From Pyrodictiaceae archaeon (GTDB lineage Archaea > Thermoproteota > Thermoprotei_A > Sulfolobales > Pyrodictiaceae): a DNA stretch of 64,000 nt. Position 1 is the stretch's first letter, and each line of letters begins with the position of its first letter. Below, piece by piece: positions 33,459 to 42,363 of the stretch. Position numbers and translations under genes: made by a program. The stretch spans positions 192,001 to 256,000 of the forward strand of contig JALVSY010000030.1 in assembly GCA_027036135.1 (NCBI GenBank), written 5' to 3'. The notes below the pieces were generated by a model that saw only the letters and a list, made by a program, of their open reading frames with translations, was not told where the DNA came from and made no database searches.

Positions 33459-34391
33459 TTGAGGAGGGATTGGCTCGTGCTCGGCAAGCCCGCTGCGAGG
33501 ATCCTAGCTGCCTCCGTGTTGTTCCTGCTAGGATTCCTCCTTGGCTCCAGAAGGGCTGGCGCTAGCGTAGCATCCGTGTTGTCTAAGCTACTACTCTACC
33601 TAGTGATCCCGGCAATAATAATCTATAAGACAATGTATAGCTCCGTAAATATAGTCGCGTCGTACGCCGTCCTCGTCACCGCTATATTCTTCGCAACCGT
33701 TGGGACAGCTTACACATTGATACCGAAAATACTGGGAGAGTACCCCGGCCAAGTCATCGGGGCAGCAGTGTTGGCAGCGGGGATACACAACGCTGGGTTT
33801 CTCCCCATACCACTAATGCTCATACTCTACGGCGACGCGGGGCCAGCAGCCCTCTATGCTACGCTATCAAGCAGCTACGCAGCCATAGTGGTACCCATAA
33901 TAATCAGTAGGTTCGCCCAGGAGAAGAGAGGCACAATTCACATAGCCCGCTCAGTGCTCACCTATCCACCCTTCATCGCCCTGCTACTAGGAGTCTCACT
34001 AAGACTAGCAGGCGGCCCAGACCTACTCAGCGCAAGCACGATGAGCGACATCTATGTATTGTCCGCCGACGCGACGCTCCTAAGCTTCTACCTCGTTGGC
34101 GCAAGCCTCCGACAAAGCGGAATAGGGCTAGACAAGCCAGTAACAGTTATCGCTCTCTGGAGATTAGTAGTAGAGCCAACAATAGCACTCACTACATTAG
34201 CACTACTAGGCAGCGGCATCAAGGGGCTCTGGAGACAAGGCATAGTACTCGAGTCCTTCATGCCATCAGCAACAATGAACATAGTGGTATCAATGATATA
34301 TGGCCTAGACTACAAGACAGTCGCGAAATCCATAGGACTAGTAACACCGATATCAATAACCATAGCAACAATACTAGCACTAGACCACTAA
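33459..34391 (+). CDS. AEC (auxin efflux carrier)-family transporter
   Basis: About 10 TMs, NAGFLPIP, PPFIA and MPSA. Confidence 0.85.
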   Translation: MRRDWLVLGKPAARILAASVLFLLGFLLGSRRAGASVASVLSKLLLYLVIPAIIIYKTMYSSVNIVASYAVLVTAIFFATVGTAYTLIPKILGEYPGQVIGAAVLAAGIHNAGFLPIPLMLILYGDAGPAALYATLSSSYAAIVVPIIISRFAQEKRGTIHIARSVLTYPPFIALLLGVSLRLAGGPDLLSASTMSDIYVLSADATLLSFYLVGASLRQSGIGLDKPVTVIALWRLVVEPTIALTTLALLGSGIKGLWRQGIVLESFMPSATMNIVVSMIYGLDYKTVAKSIGLVTPISITIATILALDH

Positions 34392-34424
34392 ATCCACGCA
34401 CTATGGAAGCTTCTCACACGATCA

Positions 34425-35198
34425 CTAAGTTACTAGGACTGCCTCCCGGCTACAATAAAGCCTCGGAGGATACATCTCGCCAAGACCCCTCGAAACATAC
34501 ATGACATTACCCCTTAGGCGGTAAAGACCCCACCTATACCCATAAACACTGTTAGTCGCGATACTAATGCTTCCCGGTAAACAGACTTGGCCACCATGGG
34601 TATGGCCAGCAAGCAGCGAAGCACCGTGCTTCCCCAGGTAGGGAAAAGCGTCAGGAGAATGAGAGACGAATACATCGGCGCCGCCAAGCCCTTGGAGTGC
34701 CTCCTCGTAGTCCCGGGGATTATCGCGCCAATCAAGCCCAGCAACACGGAGCCCAGCACCGTCAACAACCTCGTCGCGTAGAACCATGACACCAAGATTC
34801 TCTAGCCCGGCTATAGCCTCCCTCAACGGGAACTTGCTAGTATTCCAATACTCATGGTTACCCAGTATAGCGATAACAACCCTTGCGTTCCTTCGAAGAC
34901 CTTCTACAAGCATCCGTACAACGCTCATGTCATGTGTGCGTTCATCCCATAGGTCGCCGCCAATAATTACAATATCGGGCCCGAGCTTCTCGGCAACCCT
35001 CACCACGTAGTCTCGCTCACCACTTCTATGGACATGTATATCGGGTAAGAACAAGACCCTCCTGCCAAGACCGAAATCAAGACGAGTCATAGTAAGAGAA
35101 ACACCGTTCACTGCACCAACTGCGGTGAACCCCAACGCGCTAGCCGCTATTGCTAAGAGGAATCGTCGCCTACTAACCCGCATAGCTCTCATGCACAA
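34425..35198 (-). CDS. Metallophosphoesterase with twin-arginine signal
   Basis: SRRRFL signal, then DIH, GGD, GNHE, SHSPD and GHTHGGQ. Confidence 0.92.
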   Translation of the reverse strand: MCMRAMRVSRRRFLLAIAASALGFTAVGAVNGVSLTMTRLDFGLGRRVLFLPDIHVHRSGERDYVVRVAEKLGPDIVIIGGDLWDERTHDMSVVRMLVEGLRRNARVVIAILGNHEYWNTSKFPLREAIAGLENLGVMVLRDEVVDGAGLRVAGLDWRDNPRDYEEALQGLGGADVFVSHSPDAFPYLGKHGASLLAGHTHGGQVCLPGSISIATNSVYGYRWGLYRLRGNVMYVSRGLGEMYPPRLYCSREAVLVT

Positions 35199-35352
35199 GG
35201 AACACTAAGCTCTCAGCATAAGTGTTCCGGTCTTTTAACGCTTATTTGATAATTAATGATATTGTATATTTAGTATGGGTCTTTGTTGTAAAATGAAAAC
35301 CAGAAAAACTTAATTGATAGCTATGCGATATTAGTATCATGAAAAATGGCTA

Positions 35353-36039
35353 GTGTTTCTCATATATATTTACCTAGGTGATGAAGGTGTGTCTATCTCC
35401 GTTCGTCTTGGGTTCTTGGTTAGTTGGCTGGGAGTAGCGAAGAAGATATACCGTGATTCCGCTTCCTTTGCGTTCGCTGTTGTTTTACCCTTATCTATAG
35501 TGGCTTGGCTACTGGTTAGAGCCTATATCGGGGGCGGCTGGGAGGCTATCTGGTCCCTCCTCTCCGGGAGAGACGGGCTCGCGGCTGCTGCGGTTATAGT
35601 TCTTCTTTTGGTGATACCACTTATCCCGCTGGCTGTCGCTTGGCTCGCATCACTCGCTGGCAGGGGTAGCTATGGCTACCTCGTGGAGGATAGGCGCATC
35701 CGCCTCTTCATAATGAAGGCCTACACCGTGCCCCTCGAGGAGGCAGAGATAAGGCTCGTCCCGCTAAAAGAAGTCAAGCCGTTACCCATTAAGCACGGAG
35801 TGCATCTAAGCGGCTTCGATGCCCAGGGCCTCCACATAGGCTACACCATTCTCGCCGACGGGAACTCGGGCCACGTCTTCATCTACGAGCCAGGCGACAA
35901 GGCAATACTCATACAGTACCGCGGAAAGAGATTCGTCATAGCACACCCCGGCGTTGAGAAAGTATACGAGAAGCTACTCCAGCTCCAAGGACCCAGGCCA
36001 CGTCAATGCGGCATTTCGAGTACGGCAACACAAAGTTAA
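35353..36039 (+). CDS. Membrane protein with probable C-terminal bacterial PH-like domain
   Basis: Two TMs, then a beta-rich region (SGFDAQGLHIGY..AILIQYRGKRFVI). The domain call is by pattern only. Confidence 0.5.
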   Translation: MFLIYIYLGDEGVSISVRLGFLVSWLGVAKKIYRDSASFAFAVVLPLSIVAWLLVRAYIGGGWEAIWSLLSGRDGLAAAAVIVLLLVIPLIPLAVAWLASLAGRGSYGYLVEDRRIRLFIMKAYTVPLEEAEIRLVPLKEVKPLPIKHGVHLSGFDAQGLHIGYTILADGNSGHVFIYEPGDKAILIQYRGKRFVIAHPGVEKVYEKLLQLQGPRPRQCGISSTATQS

Positions 36040-36364
36040 AACAATGTAGCAATCCTGACTAAGAGAAAGCCTCGTGTCTTAAAGAGGCTAGACTCCAGCG
36101 CATTCATAGACTTGCTTTCTTACTTTTCAACGAGATGGATGCTAAACCGGTAGGAAAGCAAAGCATCTAAACAGGTACTAGGACTTGTGTCTATATATCA
36201 TCTTTCAATACTAAGAGCTTTGCTTGCCAATCTTTGTTGAAGGTCATATGCTATCCTCCGACCTCTATGCGTTTGTGTGATATAAGCACTTCCTTGATCC
36301 TCGCAAGATTAATTAACTAGAAGCAATGATTATGGAGGTATGTATACGAGAATAAGAATGAGAG

Positions 36365-36410
36365 TGGCGCCGCGGCCGGGATTTGAACCCGGGTCACGGG
36401 CTTGACAGGC
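36365..36410 (-). repeat. Distal att site (3' 46 nt of tRNA-Asp)
   Basis: TGGCGCCGCGGCCGGGATTTGAACCCGGGTCACGGGCTTGACAGGC, identical to 44591-44636. Confidence 0.97.
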
Positions 36411-36430
36411 TTGAGAGTATATAAACTAAC

Positions 36431-36464
36431 GTTGCATGTATGCAACTTCAATCATGCAACATAA
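36431..36464. repeat. Three RTGCAAC motifs, including the palindromic GTTGCAT-GT-ATGCAAC
   Basis: Copies at 36431-36437, 36440-36446 and 36454-36460. The same motif occurs three times inside the other end. Confidence 0.8.
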
Positions 36465-36749
36465 CTCGCTAGATTAATGAGCAATTCTGGTTCTAGTTCT
36501 TGATTCGACTGCAAAAAGGTAATGCAGCTCAATGATATTAAGTTCTGTATTAACTTTAGTCCCGGTAAACCGCATTATGCAGGTATATTTTTGTCTATAC
36601 CCTTGCCTAGACTGTGCTAAAGTTTCTACGACAATAAAATGATCGGGGGAACACGGGAAACTATACTATATCTCGTTCTTTACTACCTGTGTATATACAT
36701 CAGTTCAAAAAGCCAAATCAATTGTATACGGGAAGTATAGACTTTAGCA

Positions 36750-37298
36750 CTAATAATAGTATGTTATTGAGACTACTTGTGTAGCACCGCTGATAAAGTT
36801 GCTATTACCTACTCTAACCTCAATAGTTCCCGGGAGAACTGGGAATACTGCGCTACCCTCAGAGCCCACATAGACTTTTTGGTCAAAGGAGGTGCCATAA
36901 GAGTGATATACAACTTCTACATAAGTCTTATCTGTTGTTGATGAGTGCACTGTAACCACTATGTAGCCGGCGTAGTTGATGTGGAATCTCCAGTACATAT
37001 AGGAGGAGGCTGGCTCATTAATAGTCTCGTGGCTCACTAGTGTCTTTGAGAGCCTTAGATTAACTATATCCTCTAGCCGAGATAATTGGTTTTGGCAAGC
37101 GTTAAGCTCTCTTTGCAAGGCACTGATCTGGGACTCAAGATCGCTAGTTGATCTTGCACCAACCGTTTGACTTATTTCGTTTAGCTTAGACTTGTAGTGG
37201 TAGTAGGTGTATCCCCATCCTATAGCCATTAAGACTATGATAGTGACTAGAGCCATTACTGCTGCGGACTTATTAGCGGAGGGAATGCTCTCCGCCAA
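36750..37298 (-). CDS. Membrane-anchored coiled-coil protein with beta-rich C-terminal domain (element cargo)
   Basis: N-terminal TM, heptad segment LESQISALQRELNACQNQLSRL and an aromatic beta-rich tail. Confidence 0.75.
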   Translation of the reverse strand: MAESIPSANKSAAVMALVTIIVLMAIGWGYTYYHYKSKLNEISQTVGARSTSDLESQISALQRELNACQNQLSRLEDIVNLRLSKTLVSHETINEPASSYMYWRFHINYAGYIVVTVHSSTTDKTYVEVVYHSYGTSFDQKVYVGSEGSAVFPVLPGTIEVRVGNSNFISGATQVVSITYYY

Positions 37299-37425
37299 GT
37301 CCGCAGCACCATAGTCAATATTCCTAATATTTCATTATATAAGACTTATGTAATGTACTACCAAGTCTCGGTGTTAAGGAATAGAGTCAAAGTTATACCT
37401 GGTACTTAACTGAAGGAAGGAAATT

Positions 37426-37850
37426 CTACCTAGCACGTGTGGGCATTTTTAGTAACGCTTCTCTTAGCTGTACCATTAAGTCATAGACGTTACTACTACC
37501 TCTTAACTCTATCTTGCCGCCAGGGTAATATATAATCATTTTGTATCTGTTCAGCCAGCCATAGATAGCTATTGCTAGTCCTATTACGAAGAATACTATG
37601 AACACTATTGGGCCTAGTTCCGCGCTCAAGTTTATCCCTGCAATGTTGAGAAGCAGGGGAGCAAGGGCTATGAGGAGCCCTGCAAGCACCAGGTCCAGTG
37701 ATTCCGCTAGTTCAACTGAGTATATTGCTTCGAGGAGTATGTCGCGGATCCATTCACCTTTATGATTATTAGGCGTAGATTTGTTATGGTGTATAGGGTG
37801 CCTTTAATTCCTCCTTGCCAGATCTTTTTCTCGCCCTCGGCGAGAACCAA
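37426..37850 (-). pseudogene. Frameshifted PH-domain-like membrane protein
   Basis: TTG 37850 reads MVLAEGEKKIWQGGIKGTLYTITNLRLIIIK. The -1 frame continues GEWIRDILLEAIYSVEL into ORF 37426-37689. Confidence 0.7.
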
Positions 37851-37938
37851 GACTAGCACCCATTATTAGTGTGTCAAGAAGGACAGACTTCTATCTAGCT
37901 CCCAGACTGGTCATAGAGTTCGGCTAGGGGATGGAGCC

Positions 37939-39183
37939 TCATCTCGTTACCGCCTCTTTCTTGCCCCGCTTAATCTCTTCGAAGAACCGTTCCCTGATCT
38001 CCTCGGGTACGTGGGCTCTCGCATAGGTGTAGGTTACTGGGTTCCTATCCCAGCCACATCCGAGGCACAAGTCGTGCTGCTTCATCCGCCTACAGCTAGG
38101 CATTAACCAGTTCCGCCTAGCGCCACGCAACCCATAGGCATACTCGACCTGGTACCTCGTAACCCTCTCATTGTAATCTCTAGCATGTTTGGCGAAGAAC
38201 CCTATCACTTGCTCCTTGTCGAAACCGACCCACTTCAGGTACCAGACAAGGGCCAAGCGAGCATAGTGGTCAACATCACCACTCCTAACCATGGTCTCGA
38301 TAATGTTCCTGATACAGGGCGGCACGGCCTCGCTCCCAGCCAGCTCCTCGATGCTCCTGGGTAGGGGCTTCTTTGGCCCCCTGGTTGCCCTGGGCCTTGG
38401 TCGTAGCAGCTTGGGTCTAGGCATATCTACCTCAATCCTATAGACTGTGACTTCCCCAGGGTCTAGTGGGTTGAACATGCTCCAGTCGAAGTCCTCGGCC
38501 CCAAACCTCGGCTCTATGGGCTTTGCAAAGCCCTTATGACCCTTATTGTTCCTATTAGCGGAACAGTCATCCTTGACATTGTAAGTAAAAGGTGGCCTCG
38601 ATGGGTGCTTTGCATCATTGAACATGCTTGGATCCACTAGGGGTTTCCCGCTGCACTTTATCTGGGTGTAGCGGTAGGGCTGTATCAGGCTCCTAGCTAG
38701 TAGGACGTAGCCCTCGTAGTCCGTGGGCTTCTTGAGCGGGATAACGAGTCTTGCACCCTTACACCCGGTCACATACACTAATGGGTCTACCTGGTACCGC
38801 TCCCTAAGGCTCCTCGCAAACTCTAGTGCACGGCTCACAGCCAGCTCTGGGTCGTCTTTGCAGTCGAAATCGTATTGCACAGTATCATAGACCAGGTGCT
38901 CAGCCCCTAGATCAATCTCCCCAGTTACCGCTGCGAGGCTATACTCGGGGCGCACAGCACCAATACCTATGAAGAGATTAACGCTCCGAAACCTAGGCAT
39001 AATCACTTGATCCAAGAGGAGCTCAAAGCCCTGGACAAAGAATACCCGTCTAACCTTAACCCTTGCCCTACGAGGATCACCAATACTATAGAAGACTTCG
39101 CGAGCCTCACCAATCCCAAGAGGCCCCCTAAACCACTTCACCAAAAACTCCCTTACCTTGTTTAGGCTAACCACAATAATCAC
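37939..39183 (-). CDS. Fused PriS-PriL primase (AEP domain plus Fe-S PriL C-terminal domain)
   Basis: AEP motifs YDFD, TGCKGAR and D...SRPPFTYN. PriL-CTD motifs PPC..HYAR..DYNERVTRYQV..PSC..LC.GC..NP. Confidence 0.85.
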   Translation of the reverse strand: MIIVVSLNKVREFLVKWFRGPLGIGEAREVFYSIGDPRRARVKVRRVFFVQGFELLLDQVIMPRFRSVNLFIGIGAVRPEYSLAAVTGEIDLGAEHLVYDTVQYDFDCKDDPELAVSRALEFARSLRERYQVDPLVYVTGCKGARLVIPLKKPTDYEGYVLLARSLIQPYRYTQIKCSGKPLVDPSMFNDAKHPSRPPFTYNVKDDCSANRNNKGHKGFAKPIEPRFGAEDFDWSMFNPLDPGEVTVYRIEVDMPRPKLLRPRPRATRGPKKPLPRSIEELAGSEAVPPCIRNIIETMVRSGDVDHYARLALVWYLKWVGFDKEQVIGFFAKHARDYNERVTRYQVEYAYGLRGARRNWLMPSCRRMKQHDLCLGCGWDRNPVTYTYARAHVPEEIRERFFEEIKRGKKEAVTR

Positions 39184-40994
39184 CCTTGAAGTTCTTCTCG
39201 TGATCTGACTAGATACTTGTCAATAACCTTGGCATATTTCTCGCTGACATAGGGCCTCTCGGTATCCTCAAGCACTCCTACGTGGTAGAGAACCTTCACA
39301 AGCCTGTTGATCGTTGATGGGCTCAGTTTGAGTTTCCTTGCCAACTCTCTTTGGGTTATATCAGGTTCCTCTACAAGCTTGACCACTATATCGCCTAGAG
39401 TCTTAGACGAGGAGCCCAGAGCAAGCTTTGCAGCAAGCCTCATAGCGTGATCATCTATCGTTGGAAGCCCGATTATTCGTGGAACCTGACGTATCAACGT
39501 GTTAGCTTTGACAAAGAGTGAAAGCTGCATACGCGACCTTATCGGGGTATCAGTCTGTGTAACCTCTATATCTTCCGCCCACCGGCCCCGCCCATCATCG
39601 CTTTCCTCATAGTAACGTTTTCTATGAAAAGCTACCCGTAACTTAGCGAGAAGGGTTGCTAGCACATCGAGTTCATCGCTCTTTTCAGGTAGCATTGTGG
39701 CCTTATACAAGTCATCCCTCGTTATTGATTCAAGAGCAGTTGTGAGCATAGTTGAAAGCATGCTCCTTAGCCAGATCATAAGTTTCTGAGCAGCAGGTCT
39801 CTCCAACAATAAAGCTATACGAATGGCATCTTCATCCCTAAGCTGGTAACGATAAATAAGCCATCTAGACCCATAAGCTATCATGGGACCTAAGAACTTA
39901 TTTTCATAAGTCTCAACAGTCATGTTACCGACTATGACGGTATCCACGGGAGAGGATCGTGCACCCTGTGCAGTATCCCTTCTGAAATAGCCATCATAAA
40001 CGCTCTCAAGCAGCGAAAGTATCCTTCTTGCCTCTTTTTCATCCTTTTCCGCTATTGAGCTAAGAGTCGGGAATAGTGTGACTCTGCCATGCATTTGCTC
40101 CACAAGGGCAGGCTTATCGGGCTCTGCAGGCGAAAAACTCGCATAAGTAACATCCCCCAAGCTGAGAACATACACAGAGTCTTTGATCAGTCCCGTAAAG
40201 GTTGTCTTGAGGGCACTTGGTGGCGCAACTACTAGCACCCATAGTGGGCGAGGTTGAACTAGGCCCCTTCTCCTCTCAACCACACGTAGTGTTAAGGCGC
40301 TAGTAATAGTTGTCTCTACTAAGTCTCCTATTTCGGGAGAGAAAACAAGCCTAATGAGCCTTATTATGTCCTCTATGCTTGGCTGGCCTACTAGTCGCTC
40401 TATCATTTCTGTTAGTTCTTCTCTTAATATTTGGCGTGTTTCCACTAACAGGTTAGAGGAATCCACTAAGGAGTTGATGACCTTTCTAATATCCAATTCT
40501 TCATAAGGTACCTTGTGATGTGTTTCCACGCCATATGTTTCCACACCATATAGGCGTTCTGCGCTGGGGGAAACACTTTCAAATCTTCCCAGCTTCTTCA
40601 CAAGCAATTCCTTTATGAGTTTCTTCCTTAGAAGCGTGGACCATGAGTAAATGTATTCAAAGACCTTCTCACTTATCTCATCCACATAGCCCTTTAAGAG
40701 TTCGTCACCAATATACTCGCTGTGCGCGCGTAGTGTGTCCGCTAACTCGTTCACGTTATGCGCTTCTACCTCGAATAGTGCTTCAACATCGTTGTCATTG
40801 TAGCGCCAGAAGGTTACCCTGTAGCGGGCATCTTCCTTACTCCTCTTCATACGCCGTATCTCTATCGCGTAGTGGCCTAGGATTAGAATCATTTTCTTCT
40901 TATTTATTGCTTGTAGCTCAATCGGCAAATCTACTATTTTTGGCTTGACGATTTCAACCCTATGTTCGACACTATTGTGTGGCTGCATACTCAT
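39180..40994 (-). CDS. MCM-like AAA+ ATPase/helicase with C-terminal wHTH
   Basis: APPSALKT P-loop, LESVYDG..R, GSRW (SRF-like), TPIR and ITQRELARKLKLSPSTINRL. Start moved to ATG 40994, which has a GAGGTG RBS and follows the Cas4 stop. Confidence 0.7.
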   Translation of the reverse strand: MSMQPHNSVEHRVEIVKPKIVDLPIELQAINKKKMILILGHYAIEIRRMKRSKEDARYRVTFWRYNDNDVEALFEVEAHNVNELADTLRAHSEYIGDELLKGYVDEISEKVFEYIYSWSTLLRKKLIKELLVKKLGRFESVSPSAERLYGVETYGVETHHKVPYEELDIRKVINSLVDSSNLLVETRQILREELTEMIERLVGQPSIEDIIRLIRLVFSPEIGDLVETTITSALTLRVVERRRGLVQPRPLWVLVVAPPSALKTTFTGLIKDSVYVLSLGDVTYASFSPAEPDKPALVEQMHGRVTLFPTLSSIAEKDEKEARRILSLLESVYDGYFRRDTAQGARSSPVDTVIVGNMTVETYENKFLGPMIAYGSRWLIYRYQLRDEDAIRIALLLERPAAQKLMIWLRSMLSTMLTTALESITRDDLYKATMLPEKSDELDVLATLLAKLRVAFHRKRYYEESDDGRGRWAEDIEVTQTDTPIRSRMQLSLFVKANTLIRQVPRIIGLPTIDDHAMRLAAKLALGSSSKTLGDIVVKLVEEPDITQRELARKLKLSPSTINRLVKVLYHVGVLEDTERPYVSEKYAKVIDKYLVRSREELQG

Positions 40995-40999
40995 TGTTT

Positions 41000-41611
41000 T
41001 CACCTCTTGGCTAGGCATTGCCATTTGTATGGGCAGTGTGTGCACCATGGGCCTGGCTCTCTGGGTGGCTTTGTCCTCGTTGTTATTGCTTTGTGTAGCT
41101 TGATTGCTCTCTTTACTAGCTGGCTCCACATCCCCTTGTCTAGGCTGTGCCTGTAGACCTTGACCTCGCCGCTCCTAGCTATGTAGACTAGGTAGCCTCT
41201 CTTGGCTCTCAGCATGTAGGTGTAGGCGTTTAGTTGTAGTAGGTGGCTCCTATAGGGCTCCACTGGCAGCTTATTGGTTGTCTTGAGCTCTACGACTACT
41301 CCTTCATCGGGGTGGTAGAGGTCTGCGTGCCCCACTAGCCAGAACTCTCCCACCCTGTACCTTGCCTCGACCTCTACTAGCCATCCCTTCCCTGTTAGGA
41401 GCTCCTGTAGCTTCTCGTGAACCCCATTACCAATCAACATCACAACGTTGCTTGGGTCGAGGGCTGGGCGCGGCCAAGTACGCTCATAGTAGGCGCGTCT
41501 CAGACAGCCAGCAGCCTCACTAACATGGATCCTGTCAAGACTATAGACTCTCCTACGCTTCTCGACAAGCTCGCGGAACCAGCCATAAACAGTCTCAGCA
41601 GTAAGCAACAC
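41000..41611 (-). CDS. Solo Cas4-like PD-(D/E)xK nuclease
   Basis: VSE..CLRR.YY, G..VH, GHAD, VELKT, QL.AY and WCTHCPYKWQC (four-Cys Fe-S pattern). Confidence 0.9.
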   Translation of the reverse strand: MLLTAETVYGWFRELVEKRRRVYSLDRIHVSEAAGCLRRAYYERTWPRPALDPSNVVMLIGNGVHEKLQELLTGKGWLVEVEARYRVGEFWLVGHADLYHPDEGVVVELKTTNKLPVEPYRSHLLQLNAYTYMLRAKRGYLVYIARSGEVKVYRHSLDKGMWSQLVKRAIKLHKAITTRTKPPREPGPWCTHCPYKWQCLAKR

Positions 41612-41613
41612 AG

Positions 41614-42015
41614 CTACCGCCTCTTGAAGCCTTCTTTGAGAACCCAGTAGGGGCAGATCCCGGCAAGGCCGCAGACTGTGCCTTCGCTTTCGCAGCGGAA
41701 GCGCTGCCTACGACTACTACAGCGTTTGATGAACTCTCTCCACAATGTCTTGGGCTTCAAGGTGTACCTTACAGGGCGGCTACCATTATGCCTCTCAGCC
41801 AGCCCAAGCCTCTCCAAGAGGGCTAGGAGCTTGCCTAGCTGAGTAACCCAGTAATGATTATAGCCATAGATTGCCGCCAGATCCCTGGCCTTGACATAAA
41901 GGCTCCGCTTAGTAGAGACCACATCAATTAACAGGGACAGAGCCTTAACCATCTGCTTCTCGTTAGCAGCAGCGTTTTTTGGAGAAGAAAACGCGCCAAA
42001 AACTTGGGCTGCCAT
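41614..42015 (-). CDS. wHTH-like protein with C-terminal Cys cluster
   Basis: VKARDLA..LGKLLALLERLGL..RYTL, then C-x8-C-x6-C-x5-CPY. Confidence 0.65.
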   Translation of the reverse strand: MAAQVFGAFSSPKNAAANEKQMVKALSLLIDVVSTKRSLYVKARDLAAIYGYNHYWVTQLGKLLALLERLGLAERHNGSRPVRYTLKPKTLWREFIKRCSSRRQRFRCESEGTVCGLAGICPYWVLKEGFKRR

Positions 42016-42074
42016 CTTAGTCGTTACCTCCTCTTCTTGTTTTTGAAACCTTTGCCTAGCTTAGTTACCTAGTT

Positions 42075-42257
42075 CTAATCATCGCTGTCTATCACTAAGT
42101 AGACCTTGACCTTCTTGCCCTTGGCGTGTAGCTCGCTCCAAAGGTCATTATACATTGTGGGCAAGTAGATCTTGTAGCGCTTGGTCTCCTTTACTATACC
42201 TCTCCTGCCAAGATATAATGATGTAGCTCTAACAATTAGGCTTGAATCGGTACTCAT
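42075..42257 (-). CDS. Small AbrB/SpoVT-like DNA-binding protein
   Basis: 60 aa with RYKIYLP..NDLW..L..KKVKVYL. First gene of the replication operon. Confidence 0.55.
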   Translation of the reverse strand: MSTDSSLIVRATSLYLGRRGIVKETKRYKIYLPTMYNDLWSELHAKGKKVKVYLVIDSDD

Positions 42258-42325
42258 GTGCTACACACCGTGTATATGATTATGTGAGCACGAAAATAGG
42301 GATTTCTAGAACCTTTTTTATTCTG

Positions 42326-42339
42326 TGTATCCGGATACA
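42326..42339. promoter_or_regulatory. Palindrome TGTATCCGGATACA, candidate operator
   Basis: Perfect 14-bp inverted repeat between divergent regulator genes. Confidence 0.5.
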
Positions 42340-42363
42340 GGCACATAGAGGAGGTCTGCGAAA

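Noticed and set aside
36365-36410. Second tRNA-Asp gene
   Set aside because: Only the 3' 46 nt are present, with no 5' acceptor strand or D arm. It is an att site.
40995-41129. N-terminal 45 aa of the 649-aa ORF
   Set aside because: It overlaps the Cys-containing end of the Cas4-like gene, and a better RBS-ATG lies at 40994.
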